Below are positions 22,183 to 35,754 of a DNA stretch of 64,000 bases, piece by piece. Below the pieces are notes generated by a model that saw only the letters and a program-made list of their open reading frames with translations, was not told where the DNA came from and made no database searches. Position 1 is the stretch's first letter; each line of letters begins with the position of its first letter. The position numbers and the translations under genes were made by a program. The stretch covers positions 199,394,001-199,458,000 of the forward strand of contig NC_086100.1 in NCBI RefSeq assembly GCF_963921235.1, given 5' to 3'. Source of the stretch: Mobula hypostoma (Eukaryota).

Positions 22183-25132
22183 TCAAAATTTCACTTTTGA
22201 AGGCTTCCCACTTACCAAGCATACCTTTGCCAGAAGACAGCCTGTCCCAAACCACACTTTCCAGAATATTCCTATCATCAAAATAGGTGAATACGGAGAG
22301 AAGGATTGGAGCAATTTAGCAGATGATGCGGCTCGATACGGTTACGATAACAAAGAAGCGTTTTTCCCCGAGGATCTCCCCCATCCCCCCACCGGCGTAC
22401 AATGCTCAGGACCTGGCAGTGGTGACAGTGCCACTGCCCTCCCCTAGCTATTTCCAGAATGGGTGCAGTCGGGGCAGGAAATCAAAACCAGAATATAGCA
22501 TAGAACCCTCCGTTTGGAGTACAGCAGTTGAGAGACGTTGCTAAAGATATCGGGACGTGTCCAGTAGACGCGCCAGCCAAGTGTTACCAGAGGAGAGGTG
22601 AGCATCCCACTAAGTATGTGTCCTGTTTATGAACTGTGTTCCAAGGTGTGTATGAAACAGCATTAGATTAAGACCATTCTGACCAGAGCCCTCAGACAGA
22701 TGGTTAATGACACTGGTGTCTCACGCCACCAATGAATCAAAAAAGGCATTGGAAATGTTTGCTCCTTCTGAACCCACACATACTGAGTCGCGGAAAATAC
22801 CAAATAATGGGAAAGTGCTATCTATCAAACGTCAGGCAACTTCCAGGGGAAATGAGGGTAGGGGACCCACTCTAAGGGTCTCCCTGCCATGATGTCAAGG
22901 GGCAAGGAAGGGCAGAGGAGATGGAACAAAGCCAGGAAGAGGGAGAACTGAAGGTGGGTATTTAAATGCTATAACTGTGGTCAAAGGGGACTCATTAAAA
23001 GAGAATTCCCAAATCTGAGAGGTGGGAGACCAGAGCAAGGTGGTTTGCCCTTGCAGGGGTCAGAACGATGGAGCCCACAAATAACGTGGTGAAGACACCA
23101 CCATCCAGGGAATTGAACCTGAGCTTCAGTGATGGTGTCAGGCCTCACCAACATGGCTGTGTGACACAAGGTGAGATGAAACCGGGAGACCTCCAGTGAG
23201 TGGTAGGGTCAGAGGCTGCCCTGTTACCTTCTTATTGGACACTGGAGGATCAAGAACCACCGTCAACACCACTAATATAAATAAGGTAAATTGGGAGACA
23301 CAAGGTAAAATGATCCCTAGTGGATTCACAGGATATTCGCAAGTGGGACATGTGAGTGTACCATTGGAAGTAAGGATAGGACACGTAGCACTGGAACATT
23401 CAGTAGTGTTGGTGGACTTACCCAGGGAGCAGGAACACATACTGGGGAGTGACTATATGGCCAAAGCGGGGCTTTGTTTAGACTAGTTAATTGTATGAAT
23501 TAGGGATGCCAACAGGCATGAGTAACATCCACCAGCTGCAGATCCCAGCAGGAGAATATCAGGATAGAATCTGCACAATGGGTGAGATGTGGATCAAACC
23601 GGAGATGGGCAGTGATCAGATGCTGCAGCAAATGATCGCACAGAACTCAGGGGCATTTGCACGGTACATGCATGACTGCAGAAAGATGGCTGGCAGTGTG
23701 TGCATACAAGGTCCAGACCCCAAACCACAGAAGCAATATGGGTTTCCCAAAAAAGTGAGGAAGGTGTTGGTAAGGTAATACAGAGTTTGGGACAACAAGG
23801 GGGACTGAGGCTAGTAGCCTCCACTGACAACTCACCCAAATGGCCAGTGAGGAAACCAGATGGTAGTTGGAGGTTGACAATAGACTATTGTGAGCTGAAT
23901 AAAGTAACTCCACTAACACCCCCAACTGTAGCAACTAACCCGGAGACAGTGGTCAAACAGAATGAAAGAGCAGACTGGTTCACAGTTTTAGACATAAATA
24001 ATGGATTTTGGTCTATCCCACCAGAAAGAGAGTGTCAATACAAGTTGACAGTTTCAGGGACAGCAGTATACATGGACTGCCCTACCACAGAATTCCCCAT
24101 CTATATTTCACCAGCATTTAGCAGAAGGGTTACAATGGTTCTCAAAACCCGAGTGCTTGGTACAATATGTAGATGATCTACTCCTGCAGACTGAAACCAA
24201 GCAGGAACATTATCAGCTATTGACAGAGCTGCTGCAATTATTACTTGCATTGGGACTAAAGGTAAACCATAAAAAAACACAGGTGATGAAACAAGAAGTT
24301 AGTTATTTGGGAATGATCTTGACACTGGGGAAAAGAGAAGTTGATAAGTGAAGAGTAGAATTGGTTATGAAACTGCCTATTCCCCGAGACCTGAAAGTGC
24401 TGTGGTCCTTTCTGGGGCTGGTAGGATACTGTAGATATCACATTGATGGATTTTTCACTAAGGCACCTCCTTTAATAGTGTTACTGAAAAAGAATGTAGT
24501 GTGGGGATGGAAATCAGAACACACCCAGGCCATCACAGCTCTGAATCAAGCATTGGCCACTGCGCCTGCTTTAAAAACTCCAAATCCGAATGAGCAATTC
24601 TCATTGGAGGTGGTCACAACTGAAACCACTCTCTCAGCAGTCCTGTCACAGGAGACGCATGGGAAGTTAAGACCAGTAGCGTATGCATCACGCATGGTCT
24701 CACCAGTAGAATGGGTAAAACTCTTCTTAGTGTTTTTCTGGGCGGCATGACATTTCGCCTACATAGTGGAACTTAATCCATTTACAATACTGACAGAACA
24801 CACTTGATAGCAAATGATCCCAAGGGCCCAATTGTACTGAAACAAAAAGGAGGGCGTGGAAGCAGATCAGATAAGGTAATGACTGAGAACAAAGACACAA
24901 AGAAAAAAGAAAAAGCCTACTTTAAAATTTTTGTAGATGGGTCTTCATCAGTACAGGAGGGTGAGAGGAGAGCTGGGTGTGGCATGTATGTCGAGGATGG
25001 ACATGGCCAGGAAAGGCATAGTGTAGCTTTAAAGTTACCATCAGTGCACAGGCAGCAGAATTGGCAGCTGTGGTATTTGTGGTCAGCCACACAGAACGTT
25101 TTCTGCCTGGGTCAGTCATACACTGATAGTAT

Positions 25133-25992
25133 TGTTACGAGAATACACATAAAATTAAGATGTTTGCTGGCCTGGGCTAGCATCAGTGGCATCAGCAGTT
25201 GGTCTGCCACCTGCCCTCAGGGGAAGGAGAGATAAGGAACAATGGAGCAGCGTCTGGAGATGTGTAATGAAGGGATGTGGGAGGAAGAGCTGTCTGGAGC
25301 GGCTCCCCCCTTTGAACCCTGAACTGTTTGAAGTGATGGACAGGCGATACCCCAGCAGGGGGATAAAAAGGGACAGGTTCGCTAAGACAGACACACACGC
25401 CACCCGAGGTAACGAGACCCTGGAAGCGGTGCGCTTCTAACGAGTGGGTGAGAAGTACCGGACAACGACAAGGGTGGAAAGGTACGATCAGCGGGAACCC
25501 GGTGTGTGTCCGCCCTTGCCTGGGTGCCGGGTTCACTGCAGAGGATCGACCGCATCTGGAGGAGGGGTCACAGTCGGTGACCTCAGGTGACATCACCAAG
25601 GACCCGCCCAAAAGCTGTTTGTGAGCCATCTCGCTGGTCTGTGAGTGAAGCCGTTCTGAATGATCAGTTGTTCCTGTTCTATCTCTCTCTTCCCCCACCT
25701 TGTCCATCGCCATGGCAACGATTACTGCGAACTGAACTACTAAACTGGACTGAACTTTGAGTCATTTTGAAATTGGTCATTTACCCCTAGACAACGATAG
25801 AGCTTGATTGATGCTGTTATCTTAATTCTGTGCACATGTGCGTTTATCATCGCTGAACTGTTGCATTTATTATCCTTTCGATTAATGTGTTGCTTGTTTC
25901 TTTAATAAAACTTTCTTAGTTCTAGTACTCCAGACTCCAACTGAGTGATCCATTTCTGCTGGTTTGGCAACCCAGTTACGGGGTACGTAACA
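25133..25992 (+). mobile_element. solo LTR (Gypsy-type) inserted into the second RNase H of the provirus
   Basis: Termini TGTTACG...CGTAACA, 4-bp TSD GTAT, AATAAA at ~25904; removing it restores YTDSMYVCN. Confidence 0.9.
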
Positions 25993-27903
25993 GTATGTAC
26001 GTTTGTAACAGCCTTACTGAACATTTCCCTCTGTGGGAAGCCGGGGGGTTTGTTTCAGCTGACGGAAAGCCCCTCCCATCTGCTGCTTTATTGCAATATA
26101 TATTTGAAGAGGCAAAAGGAAAAGAATATGGAGTCGTAAATGTGAAAGTCCACTCTAAATTATCTCCTGAGGGAAATAGAAAGGCCGGCGAATTGGCAAA
26201 GCGAGGTGCTTTATCCGGGCAGGAATGGCAGCCACAGATTGGGGAGATTGGGAGGCAGAAAGAACAAGAGATTAAGGTTATGGATTTAACAGAGGAGCAG
26301 AAGAAAGATAAAGAATTTTAAAAATTGATAGAAGGCGCAGGGTCTGAAATATACAAAGAGCACGAGGGAGTGTTTGTCAAAGTTGGAGTTGTCCTTCATG
26401 AAGAAAAGTTTGTGATTCCAGAGGGAGGAAGAAAGCAGATGATCCATTGGTTCCATGATTTACGGGGACACCAGGGGTGTGGAAGCTCCCTGGAAAAGAT
26501 CAAGGAAGTGGGCTGGTGGCCCAAGAGGAAGGATGATGTGGAGCATTATGTCAAAAATTGCTTGATTCGTGCACAATATAATCCTGATAGAAATGTAAAG
26601 AAAGGAGCCCTTCGACACACCAGACCAATTGCCGACAGATTATGTTGGTCTCTTACCGTTCACCCCTGGAGGGTAAAAATATATTCTGGTAGTAATAGAT
26701 AATTTTACGAAGTAGGTGGAAGCTTTCCCGGCTAAGACAAACACCGCAAAGGCCACTGCAAAAATCTTACTGGAAAGGATATTTACTCACTGAGGATTAC
26801 CCTAGAGTATCGAATCGGATCAAGGCACACATTTCACGGCCCAGATAATGCAAGGCGTCATGGCACTTTTAGGGATCAAGCAGAGATTTCATATACCCTA
26901 TAGACCACAGTCCAGTGGAATTGTGGAAAGGATGAATTGAACACTAAAAAATATGATTGCAAAAATGGTGCAACAACATGGCAAGTAGTTTTGCCTCATG
27001 CCTTGATGATTATAAGGAATACAGTGACATCTTCAAATGGTTACACCCCTGATAAACTCATGACCGGAAGGGACATGAGAGGATTGGAGGAGTTGTTAGG
27101 ATTAGATATCTCAGAACCCGAAATCGATGGGATTGTGTCAGAAAAGTGGGTATAACAATTGGTAGAGACAGTGAAAGAGGCCAATTATGTTGCAGCCCAC
27201 CAAAGGGAAAGAAAAGGCAAAAGAGTAAAGCCTACTTTGACTCAAAAGTCAGTCCCATAGAAATAAGCCCAGGACAAAGAGTGATGATTAGAATACACCA
27301 ACCCACCTCATTTTTAAATCCAAGATTTGCAGGGCCTGATGAAATTATAGGCAAAGCAAATCCTTCAGTGCACTAAAGTGCTGACTTCTCCAGATAAAAG
27401 TGGGTGGTACCATAGCAACCAGCTGAAATTGGTGGGGGAGAGACAGAATGTTATCACCATTGGCACATAACAATTGACGTACTTGATAGTCCTGATTTGG
27501 GATACTTGAGGATGGAACAACTGTTCCAAGAAGATGGGGACAGATCCTATCAAGGGAATGATTTTCAGTCCCCTCATCCTGAGAATCAGGGAAGCTTTGT
27601 CAAAAAAATTAAAGGAAAAGGAAGATAAGACAGTGCTTGTCCCTCCCATGCTGAAACGGAACTGGGTGAGAAAAGACGGACGGCTTGAGTCCAAAGAAAT
27701 TTGGGAGCCTAGACTGGACGCGTTAGAAAAATAGATAGAAAATATGGATTTAAAATAATTTAAGATGTAAACTGGAGATAAGAGCAGATATTACCCTTGT
27801 GCATTACAGGTTTAATTCAACAAGAAGAGAATAATGTATCTTGTTGGATGGAGAGGAGGATAATGATCCTAACATATTTATCTTTGGATCAAGAGGAGGG
27901 AGA

Positions 27904-28749
27904 TGTTGGCCAGAAGAAACTACAGTCTGATCAAGGACAGGGGAAGCAGACAAGCCAGTTGTCTTTGTTTCCCCCATTTTGTGGACTCTGAACAGTTTCT
28001 TGCTCTTGGATAATCTAATCAGAGCAACTGAATGTGGACACAGGAAGCTTCAGGTAATGATCTGCTAATTCTGAGACCATTCTGAAACAAGTAGCCATTT
28101 GTGATGTAAAGGGAATGCACTCTGAATTGGTCTGGGTCAATCTAATCAGAGTAAAAAACCTGAGACCATTCTCTGAGGAGTAGTGACTTGTTATGTAAAA
28201 TGGCAGACCTGCAATTGGTAATCTCATTAGACTCTGTCTGGGTTGCCTCATTTAACTGGTGTGGACCAGTCAGAGTGTAAGGACACAAATACACAAGGCT
28301 GGGGTGGGCAGAGCCATGAAACAATGTTGGCTGTAGCCCTGTGCAATGACCAGTAAGAGGGTGACCCAGGTAGGTCAGGTGAGATTGAGCCAATGAGATG
28401 GAGATCCAATGGTTCAATTGATCAGGAACAGTACAAGACTCAGGAGCTCAAATACACAGGGGCGATAACTCTCCAGCAGCCAGAGACCAACCATCGCGGA
28501 TAAGGAGGACCCCACGGACACGTGGAGACCGGGACCATGAGGAACCTGGCCAGCGTAGACTACTTTCCTGGATAATATCCTTTTCTCTTCATTGATTGTT
28601 CCTGGAGGGTCAGGAATTCTAGTAGGTTGCACATGGAGACTGTTTGTGAACCCATGTGCTTTTAGTTGAAATGATAACGGTTACTTGTCAATAAATACAG
28701 ATTCTCTCTGCCTTACTGATCATTATTACAAGGGGCAATTCTTGTAACA
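27904..28749 (+). repeat. putative 3' LTR of the retrovirus-like element
   Basis: Polypurine tract AAGAGGAGGGAGA (27891-27903) directly before TGTT; ends ...GTAACA at 28749, where CR1 sequence begins; AATAAA at 28690. Confidence 0.7.
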
Positions 28750-30780
28750 CCATGGTTTCCACATCCTTCCTGTAGTGAGGCAACCAGAACTGAGCACAGT
28801 ACTCCAAGTGGGGTCTGACCAGGGTCCTATATAGCTGCAACATTACCTCTCGGGTCCTAAACTCAATCCCACGATTGACGAAGGCCAATATACCGTATGC
28901 CTTCTTAACCACAGAGTCAACCTACATAGCTGCATTGAGTGTCCTATGGACTTGGACCCCAAGATCCCTCTGATCCTCCACACTGCCAAGAGTCTTACTG
29001 TTAATACTATATTCTGCCATCATATTTGACATACCAAAATGAACCACTTCACACTTATCTGGGTTGAACTTCATCTGCCACCTCTCAGTCCAGTTTTCCA
29101 TCCTATCAATGTCCTGTTGTAACCTCTGACAGCCCTCCACACCATCCACAACGGCCCAACCTTTGTGTCATCAGCAAATTTACTAACCCATCCCTCCACA
29201 TCCTCATCCAGGTCATTTATAAAATTCACAAAGAGTAGGGGTCCCAGAACAGATCCCTGAGGCACACGACTGGTCACTGGCCTCCATGCAGGATATGTCC
29301 CGTCTACAACCACTCTTTGCTTTCTGTGGGCAAGCCTTTTCTGGATCCACAAAGCAATGTCCCCTTGGATCCCATGCCTCCTTACTTTCTCAATAAGCCT
29401 GGCATGGGGGACCTTGTCAAATGCCTTGCTGAAATCCATATCTACTGCATCTATGGCTTTACCTTTATCAATGTGTTTAGTCACATCCTCAAAAAATTCA
29501 TAAATCCTGCCTCTCAGGATCTTCTCCATCAACTTACCAACCACTGAAGTAAGACTCACTGGTCTATAAATTTCTGGGCTATCTCTATTCCCTTTCTTGA
29601 ATAATGGAACAACATCCGTAACCGTCTAATCCTCCAGAACCTCTCCCGTCCCCATTGATGATGCAAAGATCATCGCCAGAGACTCATCACTTCCTACAGT
29701 AGCCTGGGGTACATCCCATCCGGTCCTGGTGACTTATCCAACTTGATGCTTTTCAAAAGCTCCAACACATCCTCTTTCTTAATATCTACATGCTCAAGTT
29801 TTTCAGTCCACCGTAAGTCATCCCTACAGATGCCAAGATTCCTTTCCATATCGATTACTGAAGCAAAGTATTCATTAGGTAAACATAGAAACATAGAAAA
29901 TAGGTGCAGGAGTAGGCCATTCAGCCCTTCGAGCCTGCACCGCCATTCAGTACGATCATGGCTGATCATCCAACTCAGAACCCTGTACCTGCCTTCTCTC
30001 CATACCCCCTGATCCCTTTAGCCACAAGGGCCTTATCTAACTCCCTCTTACATATAGCCAATGAACTGGCCTCAACTGTTTCCTGTGGCAGAGAATTCCA
30101 CAGATTCACCACTCTCTGTGTGAAGAAGTTTTTCCTCATCTCGGTCCTGAAAGGCTTCCCCTTTATCCTCAAACTGTGACCCCTCGTTCTGGACTTCCCC
30201 AACATCGGGAACAATCTTCCTACATCTAGCCTGTCCAATCCCTTTAGGATTTTATACGTTTCTATAAGATCCCCCTCAATCTTCTAAATTCAAGTACTTA
30301 TGCTATCTCCTCTGGTTCCATACACACTTTTCCACTGTCAAACTTGATCGGTCCTATTCCCTCACGCCTTATCCTCTTGCCCTTCACATACTTGTAGAAT
30401 GCCTTGAGGTTTTCCTTAATCCTGTCCACCAAGGCCTTCTCACAGTCCCTTCTGGCTCTCCTAATTTCATACTTAAACTCCTTCCTGCTAGCCTTATAAT
30501 CTTCTGGATCTCTATTATTACCTAGTCTTTTGAACCTTTCATACGCTCTTCTTTTCTTCTTGTCTAGATTTACAACAGCCTTTGTACACCATGGTGCATG
30601 GAATGCACTGCCTGAGTCAGTGGTGGAGGCAGATAAACTAGTGAAATTTAAGAGACTACTAGACAGGTATATGGAGGAATTTAAGGTGGGGGGTTATATG
30701 GGAGGCAGAGTTTGATGATTGGCACAACAATGTGGGCCAAAGGGCCTGTACTCTGCTGTACTATTCTATGTTCTATGTTT
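28750..30780 (-). mobile_element. nested CR1 fragments, including a younger 3' end at ~29881-30290
   Basis: [32 protein letters not shown]; the internal 3'-end copy closely resembles 48630-49018. Confidence 0.8.
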
Positions 30781-30789
30781 ATCCTCTTT

Positions 30790-31420
30790 TGTTCAAGAGT
30801 GATGTTTGAGTGGCAATATCTGTTCTTGAACCTGGTGGTGTGAGTCATGAGGCTCCTGTACCTTCTACCTAATGGCAGCAGTGAGAAAAGAGCGCGGCCT
30901 GGGTGGTGAGGATCTCTGATGATGGATGCTGTTTCTCTACAGCATTATTTCATGTAGATGTAAGTGCTTCTGGGTGATAGTCATTTAGACAGGTTACCAT
31001 GCTCTTCTTGCGCGCTGGTACAGTTGAAGCCCGTTTGAAGCAGGCGGGTACGAAACACTGCCAGAGCAGGAGGTCGAAGATATCCAGGAATTCGCCAGGC
31101 AGTTGGTCAGCACGGGTCTTCAGTACTTGGCCTGGTACTCCATCCAGACCGGATGCTTTCCTTGGGTTCACTCTCTTGAAGGCAGCCCACATGTCATCTT
31201 CAGATACTGAGGCCAAAGGATCATGGGGAGACATGGGGGTGTGCGATGGTTCCTCCCTGTTCTGGTGGTCAAAGAATGCATAGAAGGCATTGAGCTCATT
31301 TGGAAGTGAAGTTCTGCTGTTTCCTATGTTGCAAAATTTAATTTTGTACGAGGTTATGGCTTTCAAAACCTGCCACAGCTGTCGAGCATCCCTCGTTGAT
31401 TCCAGTCTAGTCTGGAATCT
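30790..31420 (-). mobile_element. Rex1/Babar LINE fragment
   Basis: LPNELNAFYAFF, VNPRKASGLDG, CLNDYHPEALTS. Confidence 0.75.
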
Positions 31421-31574
31421 CCAGCTGCCAGAGAAAGTGGTGGATGTGGAGTCAATTTTGGATGGGACCAGTAAGGAGTTCTATGGTGCATATGTGGGTT
31501 GATAGGATGAGGCTCAACACAGACTCAAAGGGCTGAAGGGCCTGTTTCTGTGCTCTAACGTACAATGACTCTCA

Positions 31575-32490
31575 GGGAAACATACCGAAAAAATGTGGCA
31601 AATGTTCAGGGGAACTTTTTGTGGGGTTATGAGTAGGTACATTCCAATGAGACATGGGAAAGGTGGTAGGGTACAGGAACTGGTACCTGATGAGGAACTG
31701 ACCTGGACGAGGAAGTGGAGGGATGGGTTAGTAAATTTGCTGATGACACAAAGCTTGGGGGTGTTGAGGATAGTGTGGAGGCTGTCAGAGCTTACAACGG
31801 GGCATTGATAGGATGCAAAACTGGGCTGAAAAGTGGCAGGTGGAGTTCAACCCAGATACAGTTAAGTGTGAGTTGGTTCATTTTGGTCTGTCAAAAATGA
31901 TAGCAGAATATAGTATTAATGGTAAGACTCCTGGCAGTGTAGGGGATCAGAGGGATCTTGGGGTCCGAGTCCACAGGACACTCAAAGCTGCTGTGCAGGT
32001 TGACTCTGTGGTTAAGAAGGCATATGGTGTATTGGCCTTCATCAGTCGTGGGATTGAGTTTAAGAGCTGAGAGGTAATGTTGCAGCTATATAGGACCCTG
32101 GTCAGACCCCACTTTGAGTACTGTGCTCAATTCTGGTCACCTCACGACAGGAAGGATGTGGAAGCCGTAAAAAGGGTGCGAGGAGATTTCCAAGAATTCT
32201 GCCTGGATTGGGGAGCATGCCTTATGAGAATAGGTTGAGTGAACTTGGCCTTTTCTCCTTGGGTCAACGGAGGATAAGAGGTGACCTGATAGAGGTGTAT
32301 AAGATGATGAGAGGCATTGATCGTGTGGATAGTCAGAGGCTTTTCCCCAGAGCTGAAATGGCTAACATGAGAGGACATTTTTAAGGTGCTTGGAAGTAGG
32401 TACAGAGGAGATGTCAGGGGTAAGTTTTTTTATATAGAGAGTGGTGAGTACGTGGAATGGGCTGTCTGCGGTGGTGGTGGAGGCGGAAAC
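31575..32490 (+). mobile_element. CR1 fragment
   Basis: [29 protein letters not shown]. Confidence 0.8.
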
Positions 32491-34764
32491 TTAGAACATT
32501 AAACAAAGAATGGTACAGCACAGTACAGGCCGTTTGGCCCACAATGTTGTGCTGACCCTTAAACCCTACCTCCTATATAAGACCCCACCTTAAATTCCTC
32601 CATATACCTGTCTAGTAGTCTCTTAAACTTCACTAGTGTATCTGCCTCCACCACTGACTCAGGCAGTGCATTCCACGCACCAACCACTCTCTGAGTAAAA
32701 AACCTTCCTCTAATATCCCCCTTGAACTTCCCACCCCTTACCTTAAAGCCATGTCCTTTGTATTGAGCAGTGGTGCCCTGGGGAAGAGGCGCTGGCTATC
32801 CACTCTATCTATTCCTCTTAATATCTTGTATACCTCTATCATGTCTCCTCTCATCCTCCTTCTCTCCAAAGAGTAAAGCCCTAGCTCCCTTAATCTCTGA
32901 TCATAATGCATACTCTCTAAACCAGGCAGTATCCTGGTATATCTTCTCTGTACCCTTTCCAATGCTTCCACATCCTTCCCTTAGTGAGGTAACCAGAAAT
33001 GGACACAGTACTCCAATTGTGGCCTAACCAGAGTCTTATAGAGCTGCATCATTACCTCGTGACTCTTAAACTCTATCCCTCGACTTATGAAAGCTAACAC
33101 CCCATAAGCTTTCTTAACTATCCTATCTACTTGTGAGGCAACTTTCAGGGCTCTGTGGACATGTACCCCCACACTACCAAGTATCCTGCCATTTACTTTG
33201 TACTCTGCCTTGGAGTTTGTCCTTCCAAAGTGTACCACCTCACACTGCTCTGAGTTGAAGTCCGTCTGCCAGTTCTCAGCCCACTTCTGCAACCTATCAA
33301 TGTCTCTCTGTAATCTTCGACCCAATCCTCTACACTATCTACAACACCACTAACTTGCCAACCCCTCCTTCTACCCCCACATCCAGGTCGTTAATAAAAA
33401 TCATGAAAAGTAGAGGTCCCAGAACCGATTCTTGTGGGACACCACTAGTCACAATCCTCCAATCTGAATGTACTCCCTCCACCACCACCCTCTGCCTTCT
33501 GCAGGCAAGCCAATTCTGAATCCATCTGGCCAAACTTCCCTGGATCTCATGCCTTTTGACTTTCTGAATAAGCCTACCCTGTGGAACCTTGTCAAATGCC
33601 TTACTAAGATCCATGTAGATCACATGCACTGCACTACCCCTATCTATATGCCTGCTCACCTCCTCAGAGAACTCTATCAGGCTTGTTAGACACTATCTGC
33701 CCTTCACAAAACCATGCTGACTGTCCCTAAATGCCCATAGGTCCTATCTCTAAGAATCTTTTCCAACAGCTTTCCCACCACAGATGTAAGTCTCACTGGT
33801 CTATAATTACCCGGACTATCCCTACTACCTTTTTGAAAAAGTAGACAACATTCGCCTCCCTCCAATCCTCCGGTACCATTCCCGTGGACAACGACGACAT
33901 AAAGATCCTAGCCAGAGGCTCAGCAATCTCTTCCCTCACCTCGTGGAGCAGCCTGGGGAATATTCTGTCAGGCCCCAGGGACTTATCTGTCCTAATGTAC
34001 TTTAACAACTCCAAAACCTCCTCTCCCTTAATATCAGCATGCTCCAGAACATCAACCTCACTCATATTGTCCTCACCATCATCAAGTTCCCTCTCATTGG
34101 TGAATACCGAAGAGAAGTATTCATTGAGGACCTCGCTCACTTCCACAGCTCCAGGCACATCTTCCCATCTTTATCTCTAATCGGTCCTACCTTCACTCCT
34201 GTCATCCTTTTGTTCTTCACATAATTGAAGAATGCCTTGGGGTTTTCCTTTACCCTACTCGCCAAGGCCTTCTCATGTCCCCTTCTTGTTCTTCTCAGCC
34301 CCTTCTTAAGCTCCTTTCTTGCTTCCCTATATTCCTCAATAGATCCATCTGATCCTTGCTTCCTAATCCTCATGTATGCTGCCATCTTCCACCTGACTAG
34401 ATTTTCCACCTCACTTGTCACCCATGGTTCCTTCACCCTACCATTCTTTATCTTCCTCACCGGGACAAATTTATCCCTAACATCCTGCAAGAGATCCCAA
34501 AACATCGACCACATGTCCATCGTACATTTCCCTGCCAAAACAGCATCCCAATTCACACCCGCAAGTTCTAGCCTTATAGCCTCATAATTTTCCCTTCCTC
34601 AATTAAAAATTTTCCTGTCCTCTCTGATTCTATCCTTTTCCATGATAATGCTGAAGGCCAGGGAGCGGTGGTCACTGTCCCCCAAATGCTCACCCACTGA
34701 GAGATCTGTGACCAGACCCGGTTCGTTACCTAATACTAGATCTAGTATGCCATTCTCCCTAGTC

Positions 34765-35754
34765 CAGCGGTCTCCAACCACCGGGCCGCAAAGCATGTGC
34801 GAGGAAACGATATGATTTGCCGATAGGAGTCAGCTGGACCTTTCCTCATTCCCGATCACGGCCACTGTTCAGCCATTATGCAAGCGACGTCATTACCCGC
34901 GCATCATCCATGTCAGCGCGGAAAGAGATCAGCTCCTGGCGCTTGCGAATGACGGCAGGCTGAGAAGTATGTTTGACATAACATCTCTGTCGGCATTCTG
35001 GATCAAAGTCAGGGCTAAATGTCCTGAGATAGCCACGAAAGCACTGAAAACGTTGCTTCCATTTCCAACATTTTTCTGCGAAGCGGAGTTTTCTGCAATG
35101 AATGCAAGGAAAACTAAATTGCGGAATAGACTGGACATAAGGAACCCCCTTCGAGTATCGCTGTCTCCCATCACCCCTCGATAGGACCGTCTTGTTGCCG
35201 GGAAGCAAGCCCAGGGCTCCCACTGATTCAGCGATATTGGTGTGTTGCAATGATTTTATATGTTCATACGGGGAAAATATGCGCTGAGTGTTTAATATCC
35301 AAACGTTACTTAAAATGTTATGATGCTATTGACTTATATACAATTACAGCACGGAAATAGGCCATCTCTGCCCTTCTAGTCCGTGTCGAACGCTACTCTC
35401 ACCTAGTCCCACCGATCAGCACTCAGCCCATAACCCTCCATTCCTTTCCTGTCCATATACCTGTACAATTTTTCTTCAAATGATAATATCGAACCTGCTT
35501 CTGCCACTTCTACTGGAAGTTCGTTCAACACTTACTTCAAGCTCCACTGATAATTGACTTATCACTATATTCATGCGAGGAAAATATGCGCTTCATGGTC
35601 ATTGTAGTCTTTTTCGGTGTAAACACAACGTATTTGACCACTACTCTTGTCCGTTGGCAACCCTACCCCCCCCCACCCATCTGGGTTGGCCGGTCCGCAA
35701 GAATATTGTCAATATTAAACCGGTCCGCAGTGCAAGAAAGGTTGGGGACCCCTG
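34765..35754 (+). mobile_element. non-autonomous hAT (Charlie-type) DNA transposon inside a CR1
   Basis: Imperfect TIRs CAGCGGTCTCCAACC / GGTTGGGGACCCCTG; internal hAT dimerisation-domain remnant FWIKVRAKCPEIATKALKTLLPFPT..CEAEFSAM..KTKLRNRL (34969-35184). Confidence 0.85.

Larger units (their letters stand above)
22275..28749 (+). mobile_element. decayed retrovirus-like LTR element (gag-PR-RT-RNaseH-RNaseH-IN, 3' LTR); lokiretrovirus/ERV-like
   Basis: Degenerate Zn knuckle CYNCGQRG (~22970); protease FLLDTG/ILGSD; RT KPDGSWRLTIDY, VLDINNGFWSIP, YVDD; tether-type RNase H LRPVAYASR; second RNase H IFVDGSS...YTDS...VKVHS; integrase SDQGTHF and YRPQSSGIVERMN. Many frameshifts and stops; 5' boundary approximate. 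Confidence 0.88.
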
